From positions 1 to 64,000 of IMG/VR virus record IMGVR_UViG_3300035181_000357: a DNA stretch of 64,000 nt. The stretch is one strand, 5' to 3'. Below the pieces are notes generated by a model that had not been told where the DNA came from, did not search any database, and worked only from the letters and a program-made list of their open reading frames with translations. Positions 28,175 to 38,493 of the stretch are shown piece by piece. Position numbers and translations under genes: made by a program. Position 1 is the first letter of the stretch; each line of letters opens with the position of its first letter.

Positions 28175-29276
28175 TCTTTCTCCTTTTAACTTGGATGTCT
28201 TTTCTAGATTTCTTACTACGCCCATCATTACATACTTCTTCTGAAGTTACTGATAGCCAAGGAGCCATCTTAGACAGCTCTTTTATAGAGATTTTATAAG
28301 AATTCCCGTACTTGGTAATGACGTCTTTATATGACTTAATGTCCTTATCTTGCCCATACATAGTCTTAGTAATGTGATATTTAAGGACGCACCAGGCAAT
28401 GACTAGATTCTTAGGTCGTTTGATCTTATCTTCTTTGATAGCTTCAAACAACTTGGCAGCGATCGCTCTCACATCTTTCTCACCAGCGAAGATCATGTTC
28501 TTGACGAAGGCAGTAATCATCTGCTGATTTGTTCTCTTTACCTTAGGTTTGATCTTCTTATCCACATGCTCGAGATCTTTGACAGCATCTTGGAATTCAT
28601 AGTCATCAACAGTCTTAATCTTAATATTTATCACTCGTTCTCCTACCAGATCTTCTATCAACAGAGATTTCAACTCTGGACCATCCTCTAAGATAGGTGA
28701 GTAATAGAATACCCTTAGATCTTTGGGAATAGTGTCTAAATTCAATAAATTCTTAAGTGGGGTCTGAACCATCATTGATGTTGTCTTGAGATCGACTTGT
28801 ACCACAGCTCTAGTTGCTGCTATGCTCTTTACTATACCACAGAAGTCTCGAGTATGACCATCTAAGATTCTGACAAAGGAGCCAGGTACTATCCCGATGT
28901 TCCTATGATCATACGTTTCCTTACATTTAGTAACAAGTCCTTGGATATAACTATCTTCTATGTTTATGAGACGATTTGGATGGGTTCCCTCACCATGGCA
29001 TACCAACCATACTACACCTGTCACAGATCGCAATTTCACAATCTTCTTAGGATCTAGGGAACGGACGAATATATAGCAATCCGTCATGAGTTCGAAGGAT
29101 TCAAGATTCCTATCAGAGACGGGAATAAAGATTTCTGCTGGGTCTTCTCTGAAGATGTTCTTGAGACTTTTCCCAATTCTCTTTATAGTCTCTTCACTAG
29201 TCTTTTCAGAACGAAGCTCAATAACATTCCATATTTTGCCAGTTAATTTAGAGGTATCACCGTATGTTAATATCAT
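28167..29276 (-). CDS. NusG-family transcription factor (NGN + KOW) with C-terminal extension
   Basis: WNVIEL...EIFIP......YIFV.....VTGV NGN domain; PGSFVRILDG..RDFCG.V KOW motif; ~190 extra C-terminal residues. Confidence 0.8.
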   Translation of the reverse strand: MILTYGDTSKLTGKIWNVIELRSEKTSEETIKRIGKSLKNIFREDPAEIFIPVSDRNLESFELMTDCYIFVRSLDPKKIVKLRSVTGVVWLVCHGEGTHPNRLINIEDSYIQGLVTKCKETYDHRNIGIVPGSFVRILDGHTRDFCGIVKSIAATRAVVQVDLKTTSMMVQTPLKNLLNLDTIPKDLRVFYYSPILEDGPELKSLLIEDLVGERVINIKIKTVDDYEFQDAVKDLEHVDKKIKPKVKRTNQQMITAFVKNMIFAGEKDVRAIAAKLFEAIKEDKIKRPKNLVIAWCVLKYHITKTMYGQDKDIKSYKDVITKYGNSYKISIKELSKMAPWLSVTSEEVCNDGRSKKSRKDIQVKRRKNV

Positions 29277-30190
29277 ATATCTCCCAATACTTTAATTCTA
29301 CCCTTAAACATCTGCATGATATCAGAGTTATCTTCGGGTTCGACATTTTTCTGAGGTGAATCCTCTAGCACTACCTGCTTGACCTGAGCCTTTATCTTGG
29401 TCACACATTTAGACAACTCATACAAGAACAGAGGTAGAATATCGACAGATGTCTGGACATTCCACTTTAGGAATAATGTGGTAACTTTCTCAGTTTCAGG
29501 AAAAGAACTCCTGATGGCTTCCCTGATCCTAGTTTCTTCTTTGGATATATACTCATCTTTGTCGAAGAAGCATTTTCCATAGTATGAGAACATATAGTTG
29601 ATAACTGTTTTATCTTCTTGTTCTTCACAGATAGCCATAGCCTCTTCTAGATTTCCGGTAGCCACAGCAGTGAAAGTTTTATATGCGATCTCATCTTCGT
29701 TGTTTTCCAGATTATCGTTCACTGATTCCCTGGATATCTTTCCTATCTTAGACAGAGTAGCTATGAAATTCTTAGCTTGTCTAATATTCCCTCTCGACTT
29801 CCTTACTACGCGATTCAAACCCTCTACAGTAAATCCAATGTTATTCTTAGAACAGAGAGCCATCAAGTACCCAACCATGTCTTTTTGATTTACCTTATTA
29901 AGATGAATCCTACAAGCTCTGGATCTGGTTGTTTCAGGTAATTTATCGTAATCCTGAACTTCCATAAAAGTCGTATGATGCTCAGAACTCAGTTCATTGG
30001 AGATAGTATAGGATATATTTTCTTTATCCAGTACTGAAGCTAGGTAGTTTATTATACTAGTTTTACCAGTACCTGGAGGTCCATCAAGGATTACCAATCT
30101 CGGGAATCTCTTTATATCAGTAAGTAGACCTCTGATGAGTTTCAGAGGTCTATCTTGCCCGATTATCTGGTCTAGACTTAGTAGTTCCAT
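29273..30190 (-). CDS. DnaX/clamp-loader-like AAA+ ATPase
   Basis: LDQIIGQD, GPPGTGKTS, SRA (SRC-like), SRGNIRQA sensor-2. Confidence 0.8.
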   Translation of the reverse strand: MELLSLDQIIGQDRPLKLIRGLLTDIKRFPRLVILDGPPGTGKTSIINYLASVLDKENISYTISNELSSEHHTTFMEVQDYDKLPETTRSRACRIHLNKVNQKDMVGYLMALCSKNNIGFTVEGLNRVVRKSRGNIRQAKNFIATLSKIGKISRESVNDNLENNEDEIAYKTFTAVATGNLEEAMAICEEQEDKTVINYMFSYYGKCFFDKDEYISKEETRIREAIRSSFPETEKVTTLFLKWNVQTSVDILPLFLYELSKCVTKIKAQVKQVVLEDSPQKNVEPEDNSDIMQMFKGRIKVLGDI

Positions 30191-31459
30191 TTACTCTTCT
30201 GATTCCGTTAAGAACGATACAGGCTTCATACCAGTAGTGGTATCATCGGCTTCGATCTCTAGTACACGCTTGATCAGTGATACATATAGATCTTCGAAGA
30301 TCGATAGACAATTTAGGTAAGCTAATGTATACTCACTGTAAGAGTGGCTATCTTCAGAATGACTATCGATAAAATTCTTGGTCAATTCAACATTCTTCAG
30401 AACCTGAGTCAAGCTAGTGCAGATATTAACATTGACTTTCCAAGACTTTGGACCATCTTCGATACCAACTGAGACATCAGAAGCCAAGACATTCCAAGAT
30501 TCGATCTCAGACAGAATCTCCCAACAACTAATGTTATCGGTTGCACCTACAGATGCCTTCAACTTCTCATCACAGATGACAGAAGGGGTCTGTAGGTCAA
30601 CGACATAACTGTCGTCTGAATACTGGCAGTACGTCTTTTTCTTCTTATATAGAAGACCGATTAATGGATAACGCTCCTGTAACTCAGCAAACTTGACATC
30701 GTCAAGATATGAACCCACGAGTTCATCCATCTCTGTGTTGATGATGTTCCCAGCTAGAATCTTCTTGAAGAAGTCGTATTGCCATGGTGTCCCATTAGGT
30801 CCAAAATACAGTGTAGTAGCTTTGAGTTCAATATCGAAAGACGACTTAAAGAAATCATTAAGATACATCAGTGACTTATCGTCCGTCATATCTGTGTAGA
30901 TTCTTCCAGTCTCGAAATCAACGAGCACCACGTTCTGCTTTCTATCAGAAGTAATCTCCTTGTCTAACATATCTTTAACTTCATTCTTGTCATCAGAATA
31001 GAGAAGACGGAAAGGCATATGATACATGTTAGCAGCGATCTGTTCCTTCTGTGATTCCTGATCCTCAAGGTCGATACGTTTACGCTTTACAAACCAGAAA
31101 GCAGCGGCAGTATCGGATAGCATCATAGACTCTAAACCGCCATAGCAAGGACTGAAATCTACCTCGTCACCACCAACATCCAATACTGAATTTCCAACGA
31201 CTCTGTCAACAAGGGCATAGAAGATATCTTCGGCATCCTTGTTTGTTGGGTTGATTGGGTTGATAACATCTAATCTTGCCTGACTGATGGGATTGATCCC
31301 GACCGTCATTTCATTGGCTTCATCCCAAAGTCGCACATTAGCTGCAGCAGCTGAGATACCTAGCCAATCATTAAAATTCTTAAACTTCTCTAAATCGTCT
31401 TCCTTCGTATCTTGAGCTAACTCTAGTCTAGCCCATGAAGATTTCCCGTATAAAGACAT
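30191..31459 (-). CDS. Hypothetical protein, possibly RdgC-like
   Basis: Central DKNEVKD.L...VVLVDFETGRIY......L.DFFKSSF resembles the RdgC core by eye; weak. Confidence 0.35.
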   Translation of the reverse strand: MSLYGKSSWARLELAQDTKEDDLEKFKNFNDWLGISAAAANVRLWDEANEMTVGINPISQARLDVINPINPTNKDAEDIFYALVDRVVGNSVLDVGGDEVDFSPCYGGLESMMLSDTAAAFWFVKRKRIDLEDQESQKEQIAANMYHMPFRLLYSDDKNEVKDMLDKEITSDRKQNVVLVDFETGRIYTDMTDDKSLMYLNDFFKSSFDIELKATTLYFGPNGTPWQYDFFKKILAGNIINTEMDELVGSYLDDVKFAELQERYPLIGLLYKKKKTYCQYSDDSYVVDLQTPSVICDEKLKASVGATDNISCWEILSEIESWNVLASDVSVGIEDGPKSWKVNVNICTSLTQVLKNVELTKNFIDSHSEDSHSYSEYTLAYLNCLSIFEDLYVSLIKRVLEIEADDTTTGMKPVSFLTESEE

Positions 31460-31460
31460 G

Positions 31461-32258
31461 TTACTCCTCTTCCTCTAAAATGGTTATGTTTGTAGCCATC
31501 ACTGACTCGTTCTTATCTATAATACGTCTTAAAGTGTCCCTAAGTATCAATGCGTGTTTCCTATTCTCTAAGGCAAGGCTGGCGTCCTTCCCAGGTGTCT
31601 TCACTATCTCCACAGTCATAGACTTGAAGGTTCTGGCTACGATCGTCATGGCTTCAATACCGACAGGATCCTGGTCGAACATGAGATATAGGGTCTTGAC
31701 TCCAAGCATCTGGAGATAGGCTTCCTGTTTTCTACCGATCTTCTTTGTTAGCGAGCAGAGAACTGGAATATCTGCATTTAGTGCTCTAACAGCTACGAAA
31801 TCGAAAGTACCTTCCACGACTAAAACATATCCTAGTTTCTGGATCCTGGCGAGCATCTCATTACTGTTCCCAAGCCAACTTGGTCCTAGAAAATTATCTC
31901 TATCCCCTGCGATCCAATATTTTGCACCATCTTCACCTAGAGGTTTTGTCTGTGCCTTCATTGCTACATCGTTAAGATCATATTGTGGGAATACGAATCT
32001 TGGACCAGGTTCAAATCCCTTTGGTACATACATAATAGTATGATCTGATACACATTTGGTCAAGTTAGGTTTGATCAAGTCCTCAACCTGTCCCCAATTA
32101 CGTTCTTTAATGATCTTTATGACACTTGCTTGTACCCAACCAGACTTACCCTTCTCTTCTAACCTCTTGTACAAGCCCTTGACTTTCCTGATCAAGAACT
32201 CTACATCATCCCACCACTTTTTACTCATTCTTCCCCATCCAACATTCCTAATACCCAC
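31461..32258 (-). CDS. TOPRIM primase-like protein 2
   Basis: VLVVEGTFDFVAV, LYLMFDQDPVG, PGKDAS. Confidence 0.7.
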   Translation of the reverse strand: MGIRNVGWGRMSKKWWDDVEFLIRKVKGLYKRLEEKGKSGWVQASVIKIIKERNWGQVEDLIKPNLTKCVSDHTIMYVPKGFEPGPRFVFPQYDLNDVAMKAQTKPLGEDGAKYWIAGDRDNFLGPSWLGNSNEMLARIQKLGYVLVVEGTFDFVAVRALNADIPVLCSLTKKIGRKQEAYLQMLGVKTLYLMFDQDPVGIEAMTIVARTFKSMTVEIVKTPGKDASLALENRKHALILRDTLRRIIDKNESVMATNITILEEEE

Positions 32259-32593
32259 AGGAGAACGGCTACGTCGCGATATTCACGAGGTAGGATTTGT
32301 GGATCCTTTATCTCTTCTCTGAAACCTTCGAGCAATTCTTCTTTTGTATATTTAGGTTGGAACAGATCATGATCTTTGCAAGAATCGGGATCTTTAGATT
32401 TACAGAAAGTACATCTATCCTCACCAAAATCTAGGTGTTTCACCATATCAGGATTTACGAAAGATAGTGCACCTTTACAGTTACCGACACATGGTTCAGA
32501 ATTTCTTTTAAGAAACTTCTTCTTGTGTCTGTGGATCAGGTCTCTTAGCCTTTTCTGTATTTCCTGACTTGATTTTATTTTTATCTCTGCCAT
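32225..32593 (-). CDS. Hypothetical Cys-rich protein
   Basis: C..NC ... C.FC....SC motifs. Confidence 0.5.
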   Translation of the reverse strand: MAEIKIKSSQEIQKRLRDLIHRHKKKFLKRNSEPCVGNCKGALSFVNPDMVKHLDFGEDRCTFCKSKDPDSCKDHDLFQPKYTKEELLEGFREEIKDPQILPREYRDVAVLLWVLGMLDGEE

Positions 32594-33230
32594 CTGTGGT
32601 TATTTCCATAATGGATTGTGGATCTATTTCTTTAATCGTAGGACCAGTCGGTCCTTCTGCTACTTGATACACTCTGTCAGCAGCAGAAGCTAATTCAGGT
32701 TGATGTGTTACGGCCAGAATCTTGAACCCATGGTCATTTGTGAGAGTTTGTATCAATTCCGATACCTTTGGTAAATACTCTTTACTGACATTATTAAAAC
32801 TCTCGTCAACTGCCAGGAACTTAGCCATTTTAAATCTTTTAATCATGATTACACGAAGAAGAAACGAGGCTAGATTGACAACCCCACCACCAAATGAATC
32901 GAAAGGATCACCAACGAGATCACCTTTCTTAATCTGGATCTTGTAGGTAGTTCCTTTAGCTCCATCTTTCTTTTCGATGACTAAACTGGTCTTCTTACCG
33001 AAGACTAGACGTATACCACCAGTTACAATGGATTCAATCTTACCGATCCCCTTGGAACTGACTATCTGTGTCATCTTGTCGATAGTTCCCTGGGCCTTGA
33101 CCAGATTTACTTTGGTCTCTAGCAAGGAATCCACCCTCTTTCTGAGAGAATCTATATTACTGTTCTCCGAATCGAGGACACGGGATTGGGAATCTACAAA
33201 ACTACTGAACTCTTGAATGTTTATCATCAA
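32508..33230 (-). CDS. SbcC/Rad50-like ATPase, C-terminal half only
   Basis: Short coiled coil, signature SFGGG, Walker B FLAVDE, H-loop VTHQ. No Walker A. Confidence 0.85.
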   Translation of the reverse strand: MMINIQEFSSFVDSQSRVLDSENSNIDSLRKRVDSLLETKVNLVKAQGTIDKMTQIVSSKGIGKIESIVTGGIRLVFGKKTSLVIEKKDGAKGTTYKIQIKKGDLVGDPFDSFGGGVVNLASFLLRVIMIKRFKMAKFLAVDESFNNVSKEYLPKVSELIQTLTNDHGFKILAVTHQPELASAADRVYQVAEGPTGPTIKEIDPQSIMEITTDGRDKNKIKSGNTEKAKRPDPQTQEEVS

Positions 33231-33245
33231 ATTACATGATACTCA

Positions 33246-36200
33246 TTAAGTTAGTATGCATGAGGTATTCGTGTACACAGCGATGTAACGAATCCCATCA
33301 TAAGCCACATCATTGAATACTGTCATCCAAGAAGGACCAGTAGCATACGTAGTCCAGGAAGTTCCATTAGAAGATCTCTGTAGGATGTTGCTACCAACTC
33401 TGACGAAGTAGGTACCATCAAAGAACACTCTCTTATAGATGTATGGTTGGGCTGCTGCAACTGCTGTCCAGGATCCACCATCTGGTCTTGTCATGGTAGA
33501 AGGTGTCTCTCCATCATAACTCTGACCGATTGCTACGAACTTACCTGCTCCATAGCATATGGTATCAAATCCAGTATTTGCTCCTGCTGGTTGAGAACTA
33601 GTCCAAGTAACACCACCATTAGTAGATGTCGATATGGAATTAGTTGGAGCACCATAACCTGTTGAAACAGCTACAAACTGACTATCCCCATATGCTACAT
33701 CTACCCATGATTTGGCTTCAATGGTTTTAGATGTCCAAGTAACAGCATCTGTAGATGTGACACAAACAGAATTACCTACAGCAACGTAAGTTCCAGCACC
33801 ATAGGTTACAGAATAGTAATCCCCAACAGGTACAGTAGTAGAAGCTACCCAAGTAGTGCCATCTGTGGAGTGATAGATGACATTTGTACCAACAGCGATG
33901 AAGATACCGTTGATGAATCTAACAGTTCTGATGGCCAATGTGGATCCAGTTACTAGGGTCCAGGGGACATCTCCGTTTGAGGAAGTGATGAACTTGTTAG
34001 ATCCCATGGCTACAAACTTAGAAGCACCATATGCTATTGATCCCCATGGTCCGATAGGAGAATGCACTGTGATATTAACCGTTGCAGTCACCTGTGTCCC
34101 AATACTATTGGTAGCTGTTAAAGTATAGGTTGCTGGATTTACAGCTGGGGGATATACATTAACTAATTGATATGCCCCACTTGCTGATAGAGGTTTAGTA
34201 GCACCTAAATAATCTGTTACCACAGCTGATACAGTATTCGTTGTATTATATCTTAGAGTTACAGGTGTGCCATTTGAGTCAAAATCATAAGCATTCTGTG
34301 AAGCATGAGTGTACACAGTCATATTACTAGTACTATACACAGAATCGAACAGCACGATAGTTGGAGCAGCTACCACAGTTACAGTTACAGTTTGTGTAGC
34401 AGATGTAGCGCCAGCAGCAGAACCAGTTAGTGTATATGTCGTAGTAGTCACTGGAGATACACTAGTAGTCCCAGACAGTGCCACAGATCCTACTCCCTGG
34501 TTTATAGAAGCTGTTTCAGTATCAGCTGTTGACCATGATAACGTAGATGACCCACCAACAGAAATAGTGGTTGGATTTCTAGTAAAACTCAAAATAACAG
34601 GAATACCCCAAGATAATCCACTATCTGCGGAGACATAGGCTGTTGTACCATTATATACTGTTATCAATTTAGTTCCAAGAGTAGCGAACTTTGAGAATGA
34701 GGATGAAGCCAAATTTCCAGGAATCTTAGATAATGTAGTACCTACAAAATTTAAGTTCGGTACTACTAAAACCCTCATATCTACATTTGAAGAACCCTCG
34801 AAAACGATTACAAAATCTCCATTGACATATGCTAATGCTGTTGTTGCGCCCCAGGCAGTTAGGCCATGCCCTGCTCGATCGGCATTGTATAAAGAATCTA
34901 TGTTTACCCAAGTATCCCCATCATCAACACTCTTGAAGAGGCCGTCCCACATATTATAAGCTAACCAAGTCCCTGCACCATCAGCAGTTATATAGCTTGA
35001 AACGGAATTCACAGTATATCCGGAAGGTATTAGATATGCTCCTGTGGAATCTATTTTTACCATCCTGTCTCCAAGACATGCTATAGTAGTCCCATTAGCT
35101 GTATGTAAATCACAATAGGCATAGTATCCATTCCCGACATATGTGTTGAACTGATCATTTAGTAAATGCCAAGACGACAGATCTGTCGATACACCTACAA
35201 CATTAACATATTGGGATCCACCGAAGCTAAGGATAGCTATATAGCGTTGTCCATCATAAACCATCTTCCATATATTAGGATATTCTATCACCTTAGGGAT
35301 AATAGTACCAGTTAATGTGTATGCTCCGACATCACCTGTCATGCCACTCTGTGGTAGGACATAATATGTACCAGGGTCTAGAGACATATTTAGAGAGGAC
35401 CCCGAACTTACGGCATTTATTTCAACATATGTGTAGGCTCCATCTGTTCCTACCAATTTATTGAGGGTCATATACCCTGTACCAACCCAGGTACCATTCA
35501 ATGTCATCATGAATGAGACATCTGTTGGTTTTGTTATTCTAAAACTATATATATCACAATTCACATTGTATTCTGGATATATTGGATCTAATACTGTGAT
35601 AGTACCAGATACATTTACATCATTTCCTGTTAAAACAAGAGGAGTAGCCAACCCAAAGGGTGTTGGTAATGGTGGAACAGGAACAGGAGGTACTGTAAAA
35701 GTACCAATATATACAGGGATCTGCTGCCAGTAGCCATTCTTTCTTTGAATTCCATATTCCCCGAATGCTATAGGTGCTGGAGCATTTTCACAGATACCTA
35801 GATGAGTGGCTGGAGACCAACCAGTAAATAGATTATTAACATTTATAAGTGGATTAGTATACGTGTCCTCTATAACCCATGTCAACCCATCAGTTGTAGA
35901 GCATACACCATCACCAGAAGCGAATACAGAAGATCCCTGTCTGGATAGGTAATAGGATTGGATTGGAGTATTCTTAGATGTTGGAACAGGTGGAACGAGA
36001 ATGTTAAACGTATGTGTGGCGTTCGCAGTACTTGTAAACGATCCACCAGGTGCTACATCAAGTGTGAACGGCATTGCAGTAGATACAGGAGCAGATACTC
36101 CGACATCTACTTTCATACTAACACCTGTTGTGTTCATATCTTGAACCGTAACAGTAAGATTAGAATCTACACTAGTTAGTCTAGCTACCATTGGGACAGC

Positions 36201-38480
36201 ACTATCCGTTTGAATTGGTATAGGACCCAGATAGAAGCTAGAATTTACTTTTGTATTTGGAATCGCTGTATAATCATATATTTCTGTAGAGAAATATATT
36301 TCTGAATTTCTAATCAAGCAGTATAATTGGAGATCATTTTTAAAGAACAACCTAGCTTCAGCATACACTCTCATATCATTTCTAAATGTTCCAGGAGCAG
36401 GATAGGTTGGATCTGATGCTCCAATAGTTACAGAAGCTGTTAACATATTACTATACTCAAACGGGACAGATGGAGCACCAACACCGTTAAACTCATATCC
36501 GTCATCTGGATTGTTTAATAAGATAGATCCAGTAAATGTCTGTGTAGCATGATTATATTTTGTCACCGATGATAGTGAATCCCGCATCATAAGTAGTTCT
36601 AAGCTGTCATTTAGATATCTGCTAGCCATAAGTAGGGGTGTATATGACATCCATGTCCCACCCTGTCCTTCTCCCCAATATTCTATGGCTTCAAAATCCA
36701 TTGAATGGTCTAATATATCATATAGTATAGTCCAGGCACTTCCATCCCAATAAAATATAGAGGAATTCTGTGAATAGGTCAACCCATTAGCTAATGCTGT
36801 CAGACAGTATACTTCTGTCGGAGATATTGCAGTTACAGCTTGCATGTTAGCTATAGTTGGGACCATCTCGGACACGTTGGATGATATAGCCCAGATATTT
36901 ATATATCTATTTGGGGATCCCATACTATTTCTTATTGAATATATTCCAGTTGAAGATTTCCTTGTTATACCATCATAGATTGTATTATTATTCAACATAT
37001 CATTATTCTGTACGAGAGTTCCTGTTACGAAATTAATGATGGTGTAAGAACCACCAGATGATTGATGAATATTAGGATAGTTCATGACACTTGTAGAAGA
37101 AGTAGATGGCCCGAGCGATTGAGAAGATACCAAAGTATGGGATGTCGGATCATATATATGATATGTATATCCATTTGCTGCTGTTCCAGTTAGGAGAATA
37201 TCACCATCATATGTATTACCTGGGGAGGTTACTAATGATAATTTCCCAGACCAAGACTCTTGTGGCAGAACATTCATATATTGTATCCATGTACCAGTCC
37301 CAGGAACATAGTGCACTATATGTCTATCAGGACCAGAAGATCCCCCTCCAAATACTAAAGTACCATCTAACAGCGTAGTATATGCTACTCTAGATTCAGA
37401 ATTATACAGAGTACCATGTCCACTGTCAGTGGTAACACCTGTAGTCGGATTGAATATATATGATAATGTGGAAGAAGATAATATCAGAATATTTCCATCT
37501 TGAAGTGCTACGAAATTCAATATCCTACTGTTGTTTATATTCGTATCTAGAGTCCCTGTAGTTACACTGCTTAGATCTCTAGGATATGTTCTAAAAGAAT
37601 AAGGAGTAGTAGAATGGAATCCACTGTCATCTATGATCGCAACTACGTGAGTTGTAGATATAGTTAATCTAACAGTGTATCCGTCAGGGATTGTAAATTG
37701 TCTGCTTAATGCAACCCCACCTGCTACTATCGTAGGAATATTTATATGTACTATCTCAGCATTTGTACCTTGATATTGGAGAAAATATAAGTCATCCAAA
37801 CTATCAGGAGTTTCATACCAGATATTGTAATTGAAATTCTGAATAGATATAGTAGCTGCATCAGAAACAGCTGGTCTGATTACATTAGTGGGTGCTGTTA
37901 TCTCTGTAAGAGTAGTTCCTTGATACATCCTTAATCTATTACAATTGAGTTTTACCTGTTCCACATCCTGAGAATCATTATCAAGATTTAAGTCACTAGT
38001 CTTTAGACCTATGAGATTAGTGTTATAGTTTAAATCTACCAGCCCCATAAATTTACTATTATAAAATACACCTAGGATTGACCAAGGTTCTGTTTCAGAA
38101 TAGTGTAGCATAGTAACCCTAGAATTTGTATATGTTTGAGAGATTACTACATATACATTTCCATCTTTTGTTACTATCTCAGATCGTTTCTTACTATTTT
38201 GTCCATTTAATGACTCTAGACCACTACCAGCAAGGGCAGTTTGACTAGTACTATTTAGAATTGTGGTCCAGGATCCACCAGATATAGGCCTTTTGAGGAC
38301 TAATGCTGTATCACCAAAGAGATACATATGAGTGTCACTCAATTGTAGATTTACTAGTGTCTCAGATCCTCCGAGACTAGAAACATCTTCTATAGCAACT
38401 GAATTTGTATTAGTTGAATTTGTTTTATATATTACTTTAGTGAATTGATCTAGATAATAAATGTTTTCTATAGCTGCCAT
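33246..38480 (-). CDS. Giant tail/receptor-binding protein: beta-propellers, PPC-like and Ig-like domains
   Basis: 1744 aa; repeated YG.G.FVAVG and S.DG.TW blades, DIYSF...LDPGTYYV PPC-like domain, TLSWS...TTTYTLT Ig repeats. Confidence 0.7.
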   Translation of the reverse strand: MAAIENIYYLDQFTKVIYKTNSTNTNSVAIEDVSSLGGSETLVNLQLSDTHMYLFGDTALVLKRPISGGSWTTILNSTSQTALAGSGLESLNGQNSKKRSEIVTKDGNVYVVISQTYTNSRVTMLHYSETEPWSILGVFYNSKFMGLVDLNYNTNLIGLKTSDLNLDNDSQDVEQVKLNCNRLRMYQGTTLTEITAPTNVIRPAVSDAATISIQNFNYNIWYETPDSLDDLYFLQYQGTNAEIVHINIPTIVAGGVALSRQFTIPDGYTVRLTISTTHVVAIIDDSGFHSTTPYSFRTYPRDLSSVTTGTLDTNINNSRILNFVALQDGNILILSSSTLSYIFNPTTGVTTDSGHGTLYNSESRVAYTTLLDGTLVFGGGSSGPDRHIVHYVPGTGTWIQYMNVLPQESWSGKLSLVTSPGNTYDGDILLTGTAANGYTYHIYDPTSHTLVSSQSLGPSTSSTSVMNYPNIHQSSGGSYTIINFVTGTLVQNNDMLNNNTIYDGITRKSSTGIYSIRNSMGSPNRYINIWAISSNVSEMVPTIANMQAVTAISPTEVYCLTALANGLTYSQNSSIFYWDGSAWTILYDILDHSMDFEAIEYWGEGQGGTWMSYTPLLMASRYLNDSLELLMMRDSLSSVTKYNHATQTFTGSILLNNPDDGYEFNGVGAPSVPFEYSNMLTASVTIGASDPTYPAPGTFRNDMRVYAEARLFFKNDLQLYCLIRNSEIYFSTEIYDYTAIPNTKVNSSFYLGPIPIQTDSAVPMVARLTSVDSNLTVTVQDMNTTGVSMKVDVGVSAPVSTAMPFTLDVAPGGSFTSTANATHTFNILVPPVPTSKNTPIQSYYLSRQGSSVFASGDGVCSTTDGLTWVIEDTYTNPLINVNNLFTGWSPATHLGICENAPAPIAFGEYGIQRKNGYWQQIPVYIGTFTVPPVPVPPLPTPFGLATPLVLTGNDVNVSGTITVLDPIYPEYNVNCDIYSFRITKPTDVSFMMTLNGTWVGTGYMTLNKLVGTDGAYTYVEINAVSSGSSLNMSLDPGTYYVLPQSGMTGDVGAYTLTGTIIPKVIEYPNIWKMVYDGQRYIAILSFGGSQYVNVVGVSTDLSSWHLLNDQFNTYVGNGYYAYCDLHTANGTTIACLGDRMVKIDSTGAYLIPSGYTVNSVSSYITADGAGTWLAYNMWDGLFKSVDDGDTWVNIDSLYNADRAGHGLTAWGATTALAYVNGDFVIVFEGSSNVDMRVLVVPNLNFVGTTLSKIPGNLASSSFSKFATLGTKLITVYNGTTAYVSADSGLSWGIPVILSFTRNPTTISVGGSSTLSWSTADTETASINQGVGSVALSGTTSVSPVTTTTYTLTGSAAGATSATQTVTVTVVAAPTIVLFDSVYSTSNMTVYTHASQNAYDFDSNGTPVTLRYNTTNTVSAVVTDYLGATKPLSASGAYQLVNVYPPAVNPATYTLTATNSIGTQVTATVNITVHSPIGPWGSIAYGASKFVAMGSNKFITSSNGDVPWTLVTGSTLAIRTVRFINGIFIAVGTNVIYHSTDGTTWVASTTVPVGDYYSVTYGAGTYVAVGNSVCVTSTDAVTWTSKTIEAKSWVDVAYGDSQFVAVSTGYGAPTNSISTSTNGGVTWTSSQPAGANTGFDTICYGAGKFVAIGQSYDGETPSTMTRPDGGSWTAVAAAQPYIYKRVFFDGTYFVRVGSNILQRSSNGTSWTTYATGPSWMTVFNDVAYDGIRYIAVYTNTSCILT

Positions 38481-38493
38481 CTCTGTTCCTACC

